DNA of 64,000 nt from Candidatus Binataceae bacterium (GTDB lineage: Bacteria > Desulfobacterota > Binatia > Binatales > Binataceae), in contig DATKSQ010000092.1 in NCBI GenBank assembly GCA_035531615.1, forward strand, positions 4,220-68,219. The letters are read 5' to 3'. This document shows, piece by piece, positions 18,163 to 27,689 of the stretch. The notes beneath the pieces were generated by a model. It was not told the origin of the DNA and searched no databases. It saw nothing but the letters and a program-made list of their open reading frames with translations. Position 1 is the first letter of the stretch, and each line of letters begins with the position of its first letter. The position numbers and the translations under genes were made by a program.

Positions 18163-19456
18163 TTTGATGTTCAACCGAACTCCTTCGGCATCGCGCAGCC
18201 GGATCGTCCGCCACACCGGCGAGCGCAAGCAGTCTTTCCAGCACGGGGGCGAAGACCTGCTCGTAGTTGTATTTGGTTTCGTGCGCGCGGCGCGCCGCGA
18301 GGCTCATCGCGATATAGCGATCGCGGTCGGCGAGGATGAACTCGATCGCGCGGGCGATCGACGCGGGGTCTTCGGGATTGGCGTACGCGACCCATTCGTC
18401 ATCGGCGAAGAACTCGCGGAAGCTCTTGCGATCGGGAACCACCACCGGCAAGCCCCACGCCGCGTACTCGAACAACTTGTTGGGCGACGGCCCCGAATGC
18501 TCCCAGTTCGGGTTCGCGGCGTGATAGAGCACCAAGCCCACGGCCGCATCCTCGGCGCGCCGGATGCGCTCCGGATTCGGCACCCATCCGGCGATACTCA
18601 CGCGGCCCGCAAGCGCAAGTGCGGCGGCCATCTGCGAGAGCCGTATGCGATATTCCGGCGTGCTGAAGCCGATCAAGTCGAGAGCTACCGGAGCGGGCAG
18701 AAATTCGAGCGCGCGGATCGCGTCGGGCTGGCCGTTTTCGGCGCCCATCGAACCCACGTAGAGGACGCGCTTTGATTCCCAGCGGCGACGCGCCAACGCG
18801 CTCCAATCTTCGTCTTCGCGGGGCGGGTAGAAATCGCGCGCGGCGCCGTTGGGGATGATCATCGGCGGGCGCGGATCGCGGGCCTTATCGAGCCAGATCG
18901 GCGCGCGATATTTCGACGGAAAGATCGTGAACGCGGCGTCGCGCGTGTGGCGCATCGCATAGCGTAAAATCCAGTCCTGGAGCGACGCGAGCCGGACGCG
19001 GCCGAGCGCGGGAGTGTCGTGGCAGTGGAACACCACGGGGATATCTTTGCGCCGCGGGCCGAGCGCCGCGATCGAGGCGGCAAAGCCGATCGGATCGTAG
19101 GCGTAAATCAATGCGGGTCCGGTTTCGGCGATTACGCAACCCAGGCGGCGCACGAATCTTCGATACCACGACAGCTTGCGCCATGCGGGCGCATCGAAAG
19201 CCTGAGCCGCGGTGATAATCTCGCCGACCCGCTCGATCGTAACTCCGGGCGCCCAATCCGCCGCCGGTCCCGCGTCATTGCGGCATACGATTTGCACCTC
19301 GAAACGCTCGCTCATCATGCGCACGCCGTTGACGGTCGGCGGGTGGTAGTTGGGATTCGCGTACATCACGACGAGCAGGCGCGGGCGCGCGCGCGCGGCG
19401 GGAGTGATAGCCGGCGCGGGCGCGGCGCTAATTCGCGGTGGCGATGATGTGGCCAT
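18149..19456 (-). CDS. GT4 glycosyltransferase
   Basis: VLYVGSM, SPNKLFEYAAWGLPVV, DPASIARAI. Confidence 0.88.
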   Translation of the reverse strand: MATSSPPRISAAPAPAITPAARARPRLLVVMYANPNYHPPTVNGVRMMSERFEVQIVCRNDAGPAADWAPGVTIERVGEIITAAQAFDAPAWRKLSWYRRFVRRLGCVIAETGPALIYAYDPIGFAASIAALGPRRKDIPVVFHCHDTPALGRVRLASLQDWILRYAMRHTRDAAFTIFPSKYRAPIWLDKARDPRPPMIIPNGAARDFYPPREDEDWSALARRRWESKRVLYVGSMGAENGQPDAIRALEFLPAPVALDLIGFSTPEYRIRLSQMAAALALAGRVSIAGWVPNPERIRRAEDAAVGLVLYHAANPNWEHSGPSPNKLFEYAAWGLPVVVPDRKSFREFFADDEWVAYANPEDPASIARAIEFILADRDRYIAMSLAARRAHETKYNYEQVFAPVLERLLALAGVADDPAARCRRSSVEHQNELD

Positions 19457-19458
19457 AG

Positions 19459-20385
19459 TCAATGAATCACGCGCCGCAGGATCGCGTTCAGTTGGCATCC
19501 CTGTCCGCGTTCTGCGGCGTGCCGGTAGCGGAACCGAGTCAGGGAATTGCGGATCGCGACCTGCGGTTCGAGCATCAGTCTCAGTGGCCGCGGCAGAGCA
19601 TTCAACCGATATTGCATCGGCGCAACCGGGTAGCCCTCGGACCACGACTTGACGACTTCGAGGCCGTGGCTGCGGGCAAGATGCCCGAGGCTCTCTCGCG
19701 ACAGGTAATGCAGATGCTCGTAATTGATATGCAGATGGCACCATCGGTCGCCGGCCGCGCTCAGACCGCCTGCGTCAGGGGTGGAAACATAGATCGAACC
19801 GGCCGGCGCAAGACATCGCGCGGCCTCGTGGAGGAACGCGTCGAGCGCAGTCACGTGCTCGATTACATCGACCATCAAAATCAGATCGAATTCGCCTGGA
19901 GCAAAGTGCGCATCCTCGAGCGCCGCGCGCCGAAGATCGAGTCCGTAGCGCGTGCGTCCGAACTCGAGCGGTTCATCGGCGATATCGATTCCGACCAGCC
20001 GCCGGGGAGCATGGCGGCCGAGGCTCTGGAGCAAAGCACCGCTGGCGCATCCGATATCGAGCACGGATTTGCCGCCCAGCTCGAAATTAGCCGTGACCTC
20101 GCGGTACCCGGTAACATTACCGGCCTCGATCGAACGGTCGCGAACCTCGCAATAATTTTGTCCGTTGAAGAAATCCGAAGCGCCCGAGAAGTAGCCATTC
20201 TGGTAGCGCGAGAGTAGCGCCGAGGGCCTCGGCGCCGGATCGACAAATAGCAGGCCGCATCCACCGCAAGCCCGCAGGGGCAGACGGTCGCCACGATGCG
20301 CGACGAGAGGACCGTCCGGGCGCGCGCCGCATCCGGGGCACTCGAGGCGCGCCGCCAAGTCCTCAGAGTTCCAGGCTGGATTCAT
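19459..20385 (-). CDS. Class I SAM methyltransferase with N-terminal CxxC...CxxC
   Basis: CPGCG..CGGCG, VLDIGCASG, DVIEHV, EHLHY. Confidence 0.9.
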   Translation of the reverse strand: MNPAWNSEDLAARLECPGCGARPDGPLVAHRGDRLPLRACGGCGLLFVDPAPRPSALLSRYQNGYFSGASDFFNGQNYCEVRDRSIEAGNVTGYREVTANFELGGKSVLDIGCASGALLQSLGRHAPRRLVGIDIADEPLEFGRTRYGLDLRRAALEDAHFAPGEFDLILMVDVIEHVTALDAFLHEAARCLAPAGSIYVSTPDAGGLSAAGDRWCHLHINYEHLHYLSRESLGHLARSHGLEVVKSWSEGYPVAPMQYRLNALPRPLRLMLEPQVAIRNSLTRFRYRHAAERGQGCQLNAILRRVIH

Positions 20386-20445
20386 GCTGCTCGCATGCGG
20401 TAGTGCCTCGCGAAGGCGCGCATCTCGCGCGCGGCGTTAATCCGC

Positions 20446-21783
20446 TCAAGCCGATTCATGCGCGATGCTCCCCCATCCGGGATGTGCGATCGCGCGCGTA
20501 AATTCCCTGCCACTCATGCCGATAGCTCTAAGCGCCGCCGCCGGCAAATACCATCCGTTGGTCACCAGCCGTGCCGTGACCGTGGCGGCGACCACGCCCG
20601 CGGTTCCGAAGTGGCGTACCCACCACAACGACAGCGCCAAGTTGAGCGCAGCCTCGACCATGGCAAGCGCGGCATAGCCGTAATGGTGGGTGGTCGCCAT
20701 CAGGACCGCGTCCGCAGGAATCAGCAGCACGGACATGAAAAGAAGCGCCGCTTGCCATGCGAAGGTGGGACGGCCCGGAAATACGGTTGGACCGACCCAC
20801 AATCGGAGGAATGCCGGCCCTGCGAAGAAAAACAAAGATGTCGCGCAAAGCGCGTAGATTACCGAAAGTCTGGAAACCGCAACGAACCCGTCCGACACGG
20901 TGGCGCGATCGCCGCGCGTGAAGCGTGCGGTTAGCGTAGGCCATAGCGCGGTCGTGCCGACGGAGAAAACGCTGGTCGCAATCAGCGCAAGCCGCATCGG
21001 TACGGCGTATCGGGTTACCGCGGACCCGCCGAGCGCGTAACCGATAACCAGATTGTCCGCGCCAAAAACGAGGCTCGATCCGATCGAGAGTCCCAGGAAT
21101 CCCAGGCTCGGCTTGGCGAGATCGCGCACCACGGAGAACGAGCAACGCCTCAAGAGCGGACGCCCCTGCGGGAAGAGCCGGAGCGCAATGACGGTCGCCG
21201 CAATGCCCCCGCCAAGTCCCACCGCGCCTTGCACGATAGAAATCGCAACGAGCTTTTGTCCCGCGAGCATGACCGCGGCCAATCCTGCTACCCGGGCGAT
21301 ATTGGCAACGGCGGCAATCGCCTGCTCGCGATCGACGCGCTCGATACCGCGCAGAAGGGTCGCATACAGCCGCAGCGGATATGCGGCGGCGGTGAATGCA
21401 ACGAACAGCGCGCAGGCCGCTGTCGCTCGCGTGCTTGCACGCGGTGCGAGCCGGGCAGCCAGAGCCGGAGTCAGTATTGCGGCGCTTGCGATCACCGTGA
21501 AGGCCAGGACAACGTAGAACCAAAACGAGGTTGAAACGATCCGCGAAATCTCCGCGCTCTGGCGGCGGGCGGAGGCCTCGGCGATCCGGTTGCCGATCGC
21601 TTGCCACGAGCCGAGCCCGACGATGCCCAAATAGGAGCCAATTCCCACGATCACCAGCCATTGGCCGTAGAGCTCGCTCCCCAGGCATCGAACGTAAATC
21701 GGGATCAAAATCAGCGGTGCGGCGAAGCCGACCACGAAGTTCACATAGCTCCAGACGACGTTGCCGCGGATCGAGACTGTCAT
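20446..21783 (-). CDS. Wzx-type polysaccharide flippase (MOP superfamily)
   Basis: 12-14 TM pattern; GSELYGQW, ADNLVIGYALG..VTRYAV. Confidence 0.85.
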   Translation of the reverse strand: MTVSIRGNVVWSYVNFVVGFAAPLILIPIYVRCLGSELYGQWLVIVGIGSYLGIVGLGSWQAIGNRIAEASARRQSAEISRIVSTSFWFYVVLAFTVIASAAILTPALAARLAPRASTRATAACALFVAFTAAAYPLRLYATLLRGIERVDREQAIAAVANIARVAGLAAVMLAGQKLVAISIVQGAVGLGGGIAATVIALRLFPQGRPLLRRCSFSVVRDLAKPSLGFLGLSIGSSLVFGADNLVIGYALGGSAVTRYAVPMRLALIATSVFSVGTTALWPTLTARFTRGDRATVSDGFVAVSRLSVIYALCATSLFFFAGPAFLRLWVGPTVFPGRPTFAWQAALLFMSVLLIPADAVLMATTHHYGYAALAMVEAALNLALSLWWVRHFGTAGVVAATVTARLVTNGWYLPAAALRAIGMSGREFTRAIAHPGWGSIAHESA

Positions 21784-22901
21784 CAGACATATCGCCTGGC
21801 GGCAACCGTATGCGCAGCGGCATTGGCCTCGGCCCCCTGCGCGATATCGCGCAACGCGCGATCGATGATCTCGGCGTCGGGTGCGATTGATTCGATCGCC
21901 GTCCGACGGCGCTTATTCCGGGAACGGAGCGCCAGCCGCATTCCTGCGCGCGCTGCCCTTCCGGTCAGTCGATCTCCCGCAAGGCATCTTAGTATCGCGG
22001 CGCGAACCGGATCGCGGAAATAGCTGAATTCAAAACCGGCGCCCTTCTTAGCTAAATCGCTCCTCCCGGTAAGCGCCGCTCCGACGGCTTGGCGGAAGAC
22101 CCATTCCCGGAAACCCTTGCGGAGGTCGGCGCGCATTTCCGCGGTGAGCCTGGGGTTGAGTTCGCCCGCCTTCAACCCCTCGTCGATAGCCGCCGTGATG
22201 TTGCTAACAATTCTGGGCATATCGTGCAGCCAGGTCAGAAATGGATCCTCGCGGTAGTTGGAAGAGGGATACATGAAAAAAACCGCCGAGGGATGATGCG
22301 AGACAATCGCACTATGCCGCGATGCGGCACGCACCTCGAAATCAACGTCGCCGCACGAGCCGACCACCAGATCGAGTCCGCCCGAACGCCGTATCACAGA
22401 GGTCCGAAACACCATTCCGGTCCAGGTCAGCGAGGAGCGAAGCCGGATCAGGCGCTTGAATATCGATGGGACCGGACTGAAGCCTTCCGCCCAGAGTTTA
22501 ACCGGCTCGCCGATAATTCGTCCGTCCAAATCCGCCTGCAGTTGATTGCCGATGAAAAACCCAGCGCGTGGTTCGCGCTCCAATTCAGACAGCGCGACGG
22601 TGAAAAATCCGGGTAAAAGAATATCGTCGTCGCTCAGGATGCTGAAGTAAGGGGATTCGACGTGGTTCATGGCGTACGCGAAGTTCGGCATCATCCCGAC
22701 GTTGTTGGGATGGCGGAAGTATTTGACCCGGGCATCGCGCCGCATGATGTCGCCGACCACAGCGGCGGTATCATCCCCCGAGCAATCGTCGTAAACAGCG
22801 ACCTCGAAATCGGCGAAGTCCTGCGCGAGCACGCTGAGAATCGCGCGGCGCAACAACTCGGGCCGCCTGAAAGTTGGAATGACGGTCGTGATCAATGCCA
22901 T
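21783..22901 (-). CDS. GT2 glycosyltransferase
   Basis: VIPTFRRP, VYDDCSGD, LSDDD. Confidence 0.92.
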   Translation of the reverse strand: MALITTVIPTFRRPELLRRAILSVLAQDFADFEVAVYDDCSGDDTAAVVGDIMRRDARVKYFRHPNNVGMMPNFAYAMNHVESPYFSILSDDDILLPGFFTVALSELEREPRAGFFIGNQLQADLDGRIIGEPVKLWAEGFSPVPSIFKRLIRLRSSLTWTGMVFRTSVIRRSGGLDLVVGSCGDVDFEVRAASRHSAIVSHHPSAVFFMYPSSNYREDPFLTWLHDMPRIVSNITAAIDEGLKAGELNPRLTAEMRADLRKGFREWVFRQAVGAALTGRSDLAKKGAGFEFSYFRDPVRAAILRCLAGDRLTGRAARAGMRLALRSRNKRRRTAIESIAPDAEIIDRALRDIAQGAEANAAAHTVAARRYV

Positions 22902-22929
22902 CGAATCAATCTTAATTCAGCTTAACTAC

Positions 22930-23988
22930 TTACTTCGTCGCGGTGAGCAGAATTTCTTCGCCTGCGGGCATTATCCAATTCAAGCCGCGCTCGATGCGGC
23001 AAAAGGTTCCGGCAAGAATGGTCTCCACCCGCGATTGAGCGCGACCCGCCGCGAAGCGGCCGGTTCGGCGAATCGAGAGACTGGCGACAAGGATCCATCC
23101 AGAGGTATGCGTGCTCGCCACGGTCTTAGCACGCGAAAATCCCGCTTGGCGCGCGAGTTCGGAGAGCGCCTCGGGTGTGAACAACATCAGGTGCCTGGGC
23201 GGGTCAAGGTGGGCCCAGTTGCTGCCGAAAAGCCGGTGCCCAACACTTCGAATGTTGGGAGTGGCAATGGACAACTGGCCGCCGGATTTGAGCACGCGTC
23301 TAGCCTCGCTCAGAACCGCAAGCGGATCGGGTACGTGTTCGATCGAATGGATCATCGTCACCGCGTCGAAGCTGTCGGCCGGGTAGCGGTGCTCACCCAA
23401 GCTGCCCAATTCGACGTTTAGTCCACGCCGGTTGGCACTCCGAACCGCCTCGGGATCGAAATCGACTCCGTGCGGCTCCCAACCAAGTGATTTCATGGCA
23501 AGAAGGAAGTCGCCCGATCCGCATCCGACGTCGAGGAGCCTTCCTCCTGGAATCGCACGCAGCCTCATCACCAAGGTTTCGACAAACTCGCGCCGCGCAG
23601 GCATTACCCAAGCAATGAGGGCTGCGAGGCGATGCGCTGCCGTCGCACCTCCCTGTGGAACGTAGCCGAAGCGCGACCACAGGTAACTCTCGCGCACGAA
23701 TCGGCTGGCGCGGCGCAGCGCGCTAGCCGGGCCGACGGAGCCGGCCGCTGGCGCCACAGAATCGTCTTGCTGGTGGGTAAAATAGGCCGCGTAAGCAAGC
23801 CCGAGATCTTCTGCCAGCGGCGCCGGATTCAACCACATGGAACGGCATCGCCGATTTGCGCATTTCATCAAGGACCACCGGCCCGGAGCCGCGAAGAGCC
23901 TGTCCGTAAGATCGGCATAGGTAGGCACGCCGCCGGATCCGCAGAGCGGGCAATTCGGTCGGGTAACGGTGCGAATTGTACGAGCCAT
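22930..23988 (-). CDS. Class I SAM methyltransferase with N-terminal Cys cluster
   Basis: CPLCG..CANRRC, LLDVGCGSG, HSIEHVPDP, DPPRHL. Confidence 0.9.
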   Translation of the reverse strand: MARTIRTVTRPNCPLCGSGGVPTYADLTDRLFAAPGRWSLMKCANRRCRSMWLNPAPLAEDLGLAYAAYFTHQQDDSVAPAAGSVGPASALRRASRFVRESYLWSRFGYVPQGGATAAHRLAALIAWVMPARREFVETLVMRLRAIPGGRLLDVGCGSGDFLLAMKSLGWEPHGVDFDPEAVRSANRRGLNVELGSLGEHRYPADSFDAVTMIHSIEHVPDPLAVLSEARRVLKSGGQLSIATPNIRSVGHRLFGSNWAHLDPPRHLMLFTPEALSELARQAGFSRAKTVASTHTSGWILVASLSIRRTGRFAAGRAQSRVETILAGTFCRIERGLNWIMPAGEEILLTATK

Positions 23989-24037
23989 ATCCGCGGTTTG
24001 TGGGGATAAAATCAACTCAAACTCCCTTTCACAACTC

Positions 24038-25045
24038 TCAGGATTTGGCCCGCGTCCACTGTGCCCAGCTTGGCGGTAGATTTCGATCGAGCTCGATTCG
24101 CGTGAACGGCTGTGTCTCACGCGCACCATGGCTGCGAGCCCATCGGGCCATCCGCTCGATTCCATCCTCGAGGCCGATACAGGAATGGCGGCCGAAAACG
24201 CGCTGAGCCTTATCGTGCTGCGAAAAGGCGTGCTCAACCTCGAGGCGAGCCGGAAGAAACTCGATGCGCGGTTCCACGCCGAAGACGCGCGCGACCGCTT
24301 CCGCGACCGCGCGGACGGTATAGGGCTGATCGGCGCCGACGTTGAACACGTCGTTGCGGGCTTCGGGAATATCGACGCTGCGGGCAATCAAGGGTGCGAC
24401 GTCGTGGATATGGCTGAAAGCTCGGGTCTGCGTGCCGTCGCCAAATATCGTCATCGGCTCGCCGCGCATCACCTGATTCATGAATATCCCGATGACGTTG
24501 CGATACCTGTCGCCAATATTTTGGTGCTCGCCATAGACGTTATGCGGGCGAAAGACGATGAAGTCGAGTCCGAACATCGCGTGCGCGCTGCGAAGATCGA
24601 GTTCGACCGCGTACTTGCTGATTCCGTAAGGATCCTCTGGGAGCGGCGTTTGGTCTTCTTCCATCGGCGTCTGAGCCGCCCCGTAAACCGCGATCGAAGA
24701 CGTGAACACAAGGCATCGGACCGAATGCGCCACAGCGGCGTTGATGAGGTTCGCGCTGCCAACCAGATTATTGGTGTAATTGAAGCGGCGAATGAAGTGC
24801 GATAGACCCTCGGCCGCATAGGCCGCAAGGTGATAAACGAAATCAAATTTGCTCTCCGCGAACACGCGCTCGACCAAGGCATGGTCAGTGACGGACCCCT
24901 CGATCAGCCGCGCCGCGCGCGGAACGTTCTGCTCGAATCCGCCTGAGAGGTCGTCGAGGACGACGACTTCGTGACCCAGTTCCAGACAGTGACGTGCGAC
25001 GTGCGAGCCAATGAAGCCCGCGCCGCCCGTGACTAGCGATCGCAT
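24038..25045 (-). CDS. NAD-dependent epimerase/dehydratase (GalE-like SDR)
   Basis: TGGAGFIG, DDLSGG, SSIAVYG, PYGISK. Confidence 0.92.
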   Translation of the reverse strand: MRSLVTGGAGFIGSHVARHCLELGHEVVVLDDLSGGFEQNVPRAARLIEGSVTDHALVERVFAESKFDFVYHLAAYAAEGLSHFIRRFNYTNNLVGSANLINAAVAHSVRCLVFTSSIAVYGAAQTPMEEDQTPLPEDPYGISKYAVELDLRSAHAMFGLDFIVFRPHNVYGEHQNIGDRYRNVIGIFMNQVMRGEPMTIFGDGTQTRAFSHIHDVAPLIARSVDIPEARNDVFNVGADQPYTVRAVAEAVARVFGVEPRIEFLPARLEVEHAFSQHDKAQRVFGRHSCIGLEDGIERMARWARSHGARETQPFTRIELDRNLPPSWAQWTRAKS

Positions 25046-25167
25046 GAGTTACCTCCGGACACTCTGACCTCGGCGTCCGCGAGCACGCTGTCGATTGCGC
25101 GCGCGATCGTGCGCGCGCCGTTGAAGACGGGAATTATCGCCGCGACGGCTGGGTGCTTGGTAGTCAT
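25033..25167 (-). pseudogene. GT2 N-terminal stub (44 aa)
   Basis: MTTKHPAVAAIIPVFNGARTIARAIDSVLADAEVRVSGGNSCDR*; the ATG is 1 nt after the upstream stop. Confidence 0.8.
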
Positions 25168-25168
25168 C

Positions 25169-26371
25169 TCAATTTTCCGCCGCGCGGCCGGTCACCGCGG
25201 CGATCGCCGCGAGCAGGCCTGCGCGGTCGGCTGCGAAGCTGTAGCGCGATACGATTTCGAGGCTCTTTGCGCCCATCGCGGCGGCGTGCTCGGGGCTGCG
25301 CGTGACGCGTTCGAGCGCTCGCGCGAGCGCGCCGATATCGCCCGCCGGATAAACGAATCCGTTTGCGCCGTCGATCACCAGGTCGGGCGCCGCGCCGACC
25401 GCATCGCTGGCGATTACGGGCTTGGCGGCGTTCATGACTTCATTGAGGATCAATCCCCACGGTTCCGCATTGGAGGGCAGCACGAAAACATCGCACAGGT
25501 CGTACAGGCGCGGCAGCTCGGTCTGGTTGCGGAAGCCGAGGAAACGGACCGCGCCGCCCAGTCCAAGCTCGCGCGTGCGGGCTTCCAGAGCCGCGCGCTC
25601 CTCGCCGTCGCCGACCATCAGCAGGTAAGGATGCGGGGGAGCCCCGATGGCGGCGCAGGCCTCGATAAGGTCGCGGGCGCGCTTGCGCGGCTGGAATTTC
25701 GAGGCGAACAGGATGATCGGCCGTCCCGTCGCCAGTCCGAGCTCGCACCGGAGTTGCTCGCGGCGCGGGCGCGCCGCCTCGGCGTGCGAGCGGAAAAATT
25801 CGTTATCGACCGCATACGGCATCGAAAAGATTTTCGCCTCGGGAACTCCATAGGCGAGATAGTACTCGCGGTTGCGCGTGCCGACCGCAAGAAACCCGTC
25901 GATCGCGGAGAACAGGCGCGGGAGAATCCGGGCCTTGAGTGCGCGGCGGGCTGGTGACCTGGCGCCATCGGCGATATTCGAATCGCCGCGCATCAGCACC
26001 TTGATTCCGAGCGAGCGCGCCGCGGCGACGGCGCGGAGCATCGCCTGATGCGCATAGCCGTGGACCCATAGCGCGTCGAAGCGGCCCTCGCGCAGGCGGC
26101 GGCGGATTCGGCGGGTGAACGGGCGCCAGAACGAGATTTCATCGATTGCGCCGAACGCGGGCAGAAATTCGCTTCTGTATCCTTCGATCAGCGGAACATC
26201 CCATTTGAACGCGACGCCGAATCCGGGGTCATGATATTCGCGCACGGAAAGGTCGCTTAAGAACAGCACCGTCAGATCGATTTCGGGCGACGCCGCCAGA
26301 TAGCGGAACATCGGCGCCTGGTACTGGATCGGATGCGAGACCAGGCATGCGATTCGATACGGCGAGGTCAT
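25169..26371 (-). CDS. GT4 glycosyltransferase
   Basis: SHPIQYQAP, LFASKF..RK, PSNAEPWGLILNEVM. Confidence 0.92.
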   Translation of the reverse strand: MTSPYRIACLVSHPIQYQAPMFRYLAASPEIDLTVLFLSDLSVREYHDPGFGVAFKWDVPLIEGYRSEFLPAFGAIDEISFWRPFTRRIRRRLREGRFDALWVHGYAHQAMLRAVAAARSLGIKVLMRGDSNIADGARSPARRALKARILPRLFSAIDGFLAVGTRNREYYLAYGVPEAKIFSMPYAVDNEFFRSHAEAARPRREQLRCELGLATGRPIILFASKFQPRKRARDLIEACAAIGAPPHPYLLMVGDGEERAALEARTRELGLGGAVRFLGFRNQTELPRLYDLCDVFVLPSNAEPWGLILNEVMNAAKPVIASDAVGAAPDLVIDGANGFVYPAGDIGALARALERVTRSPEHAAAMGAKSLEIVSRYSFAADRAGLLAAIAAVTGRAAEN

Positions 26372-27642
26372 CGGGAGTCAGCCGCCGAATCGAGAATTCC
26401 CGTGGCGGCGGCGAGGGCCTCGGCGGCGGTGACCAGGGCGACGCAGCGGTTGTCGTAGGGGCATCGGTCGAGAAAGCAGGTGTGGCACGGCACCCATTTG
26501 CGCAGCGTCACGTTGCGCGCGCCGGTGGGAAACCATTTGCCGCGGAAATCGCGCGACGAGAAGATCGAAACGCAGGGCGTGCCGGCCGGGGCGGCCAGAT
26601 GCTGGACGCCCGAGTCGTTGCACACCAAAAGCGCGCAGCGGCGCAGGACCTCGCACGACTCCCGGACCGAGGTTTTTCCGGCCAAGCTGCGCGCATCCGA
26701 GCCAATCGCGGCCGCGATCTCGCCGCACAGGACGGCTTCCTGGGCGCTGCCAATCACGACGATCCGGAAGCCGCGCGCGGCAAGCTCGCGGCCGACTTCG
26801 ATAAAGCGCGCGGCGGGCCATCGATTGGCCGGCGCCTTCGCACCCGGCGCCAGCGCGGCGAGCGGGGTGTTGGCGATACCCTCGGCGGCGAGAATCCGAT
26901 CGACGGCGGCGCGTTCGGCGGCGGAAATTTCAAGCGGAAAATCTTCCGATGGATTCTCGGGCGCCGGAACCGTGAAGCCGCCGGCGGCGAGCAGACGCAC
27001 GAGCCTCGTGGTTTCATTGGGAAACTCGAGCAGCTCCGATTGCGCGCGCGCGAATATGCGTATCCGCTCGTAGCGCCATCCGAAGCCCCAGCGCGCGCCC
27101 GCAATCCGCGCGGCGATCATGTTGCGCGCCAGCATCGCCAGCGGCGCATCGACAGCCGGCAGCTCGATCCATGCGTCGAACCGCCGCGCGCGCATCGCGG
27201 CGACCCATCGCAGCCGCGCGCGCGGTCCGGCGATGTCCTCGGAATGGTACGCGAGGATTTCATCGAGCCAGCCGACGCCTCGCAGCAGGTCCGCGGCGCC
27301 GGGCATCCCGCGGCGTCCGGGTGAGGTGACCAGCGTCAGATGCGCGGCGGGAAACATGCGCCGGATGGCGTGGATGGCGGGAATCGCGCATGCGATATCG
27401 CCGAGGTTGCCGATTTTGTAGATGCATACGCGCGCGGGCGCCAACGGACGCGGTCCCGGCCAGAGCATCCGGCGTAGGGCGGCCAGGAACGTGTTGGCGA
27501 GCGTCTTGAGCGCAGTTGCGATATGGACTTGAAAGCGCGCGGCTCGACGCGTGCGCACCGGCTCGATGACGTGCGGGCGGGTGCGGGTGGCGCGATCGAC
27601 CGCGGGGTTCGCGGAGTTCGCGGAGTTTAATGCGGCGTTCAA
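26368..27642 (-). CDS. GT9 (heptosyltransferase-like) glycosyltransferase
   Basis: IGNLGDI, APGAK..ANRWP..F, CNDSGVQHLA, CHTCFLDRC. Confidence 0.88.
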   Translation of the reverse strand: MNAALNSANSANPAVDRATRTRPHVIEPVRTRRAARFQVHIATALKTLANTFLAALRRMLWPGPRPLAPARVCIYKIGNLGDIACAIPAIHAIRRMFPAAHLTLVTSPGRRGMPGAADLLRGVGWLDEILAYHSEDIAGPRARLRWVAAMRARRFDAWIELPAVDAPLAMLARNMIAARIAGARWGFGWRYERIRIFARAQSELLEFPNETTRLVRLLAAGGFTVPAPENPSEDFPLEISAAERAAVDRILAAEGIANTPLAALAPGAKAPANRWPAARFIEVGRELAARGFRIVVIGSAQEAVLCGEIAAAIGSDARSLAGKTSVRESCEVLRRCALLVCNDSGVQHLAAPAGTPCVSIFSSRDFRGKWFPTGARNVTLRKWVPCHTCFLDRCPYDNRCVALVTAAEALAAATGILDSAADSR

Positions 27643-27689
27643 GATTCAACTCGAGGGCGTCCCGGCATGGGCGCGACTTAGCGCGCGGA

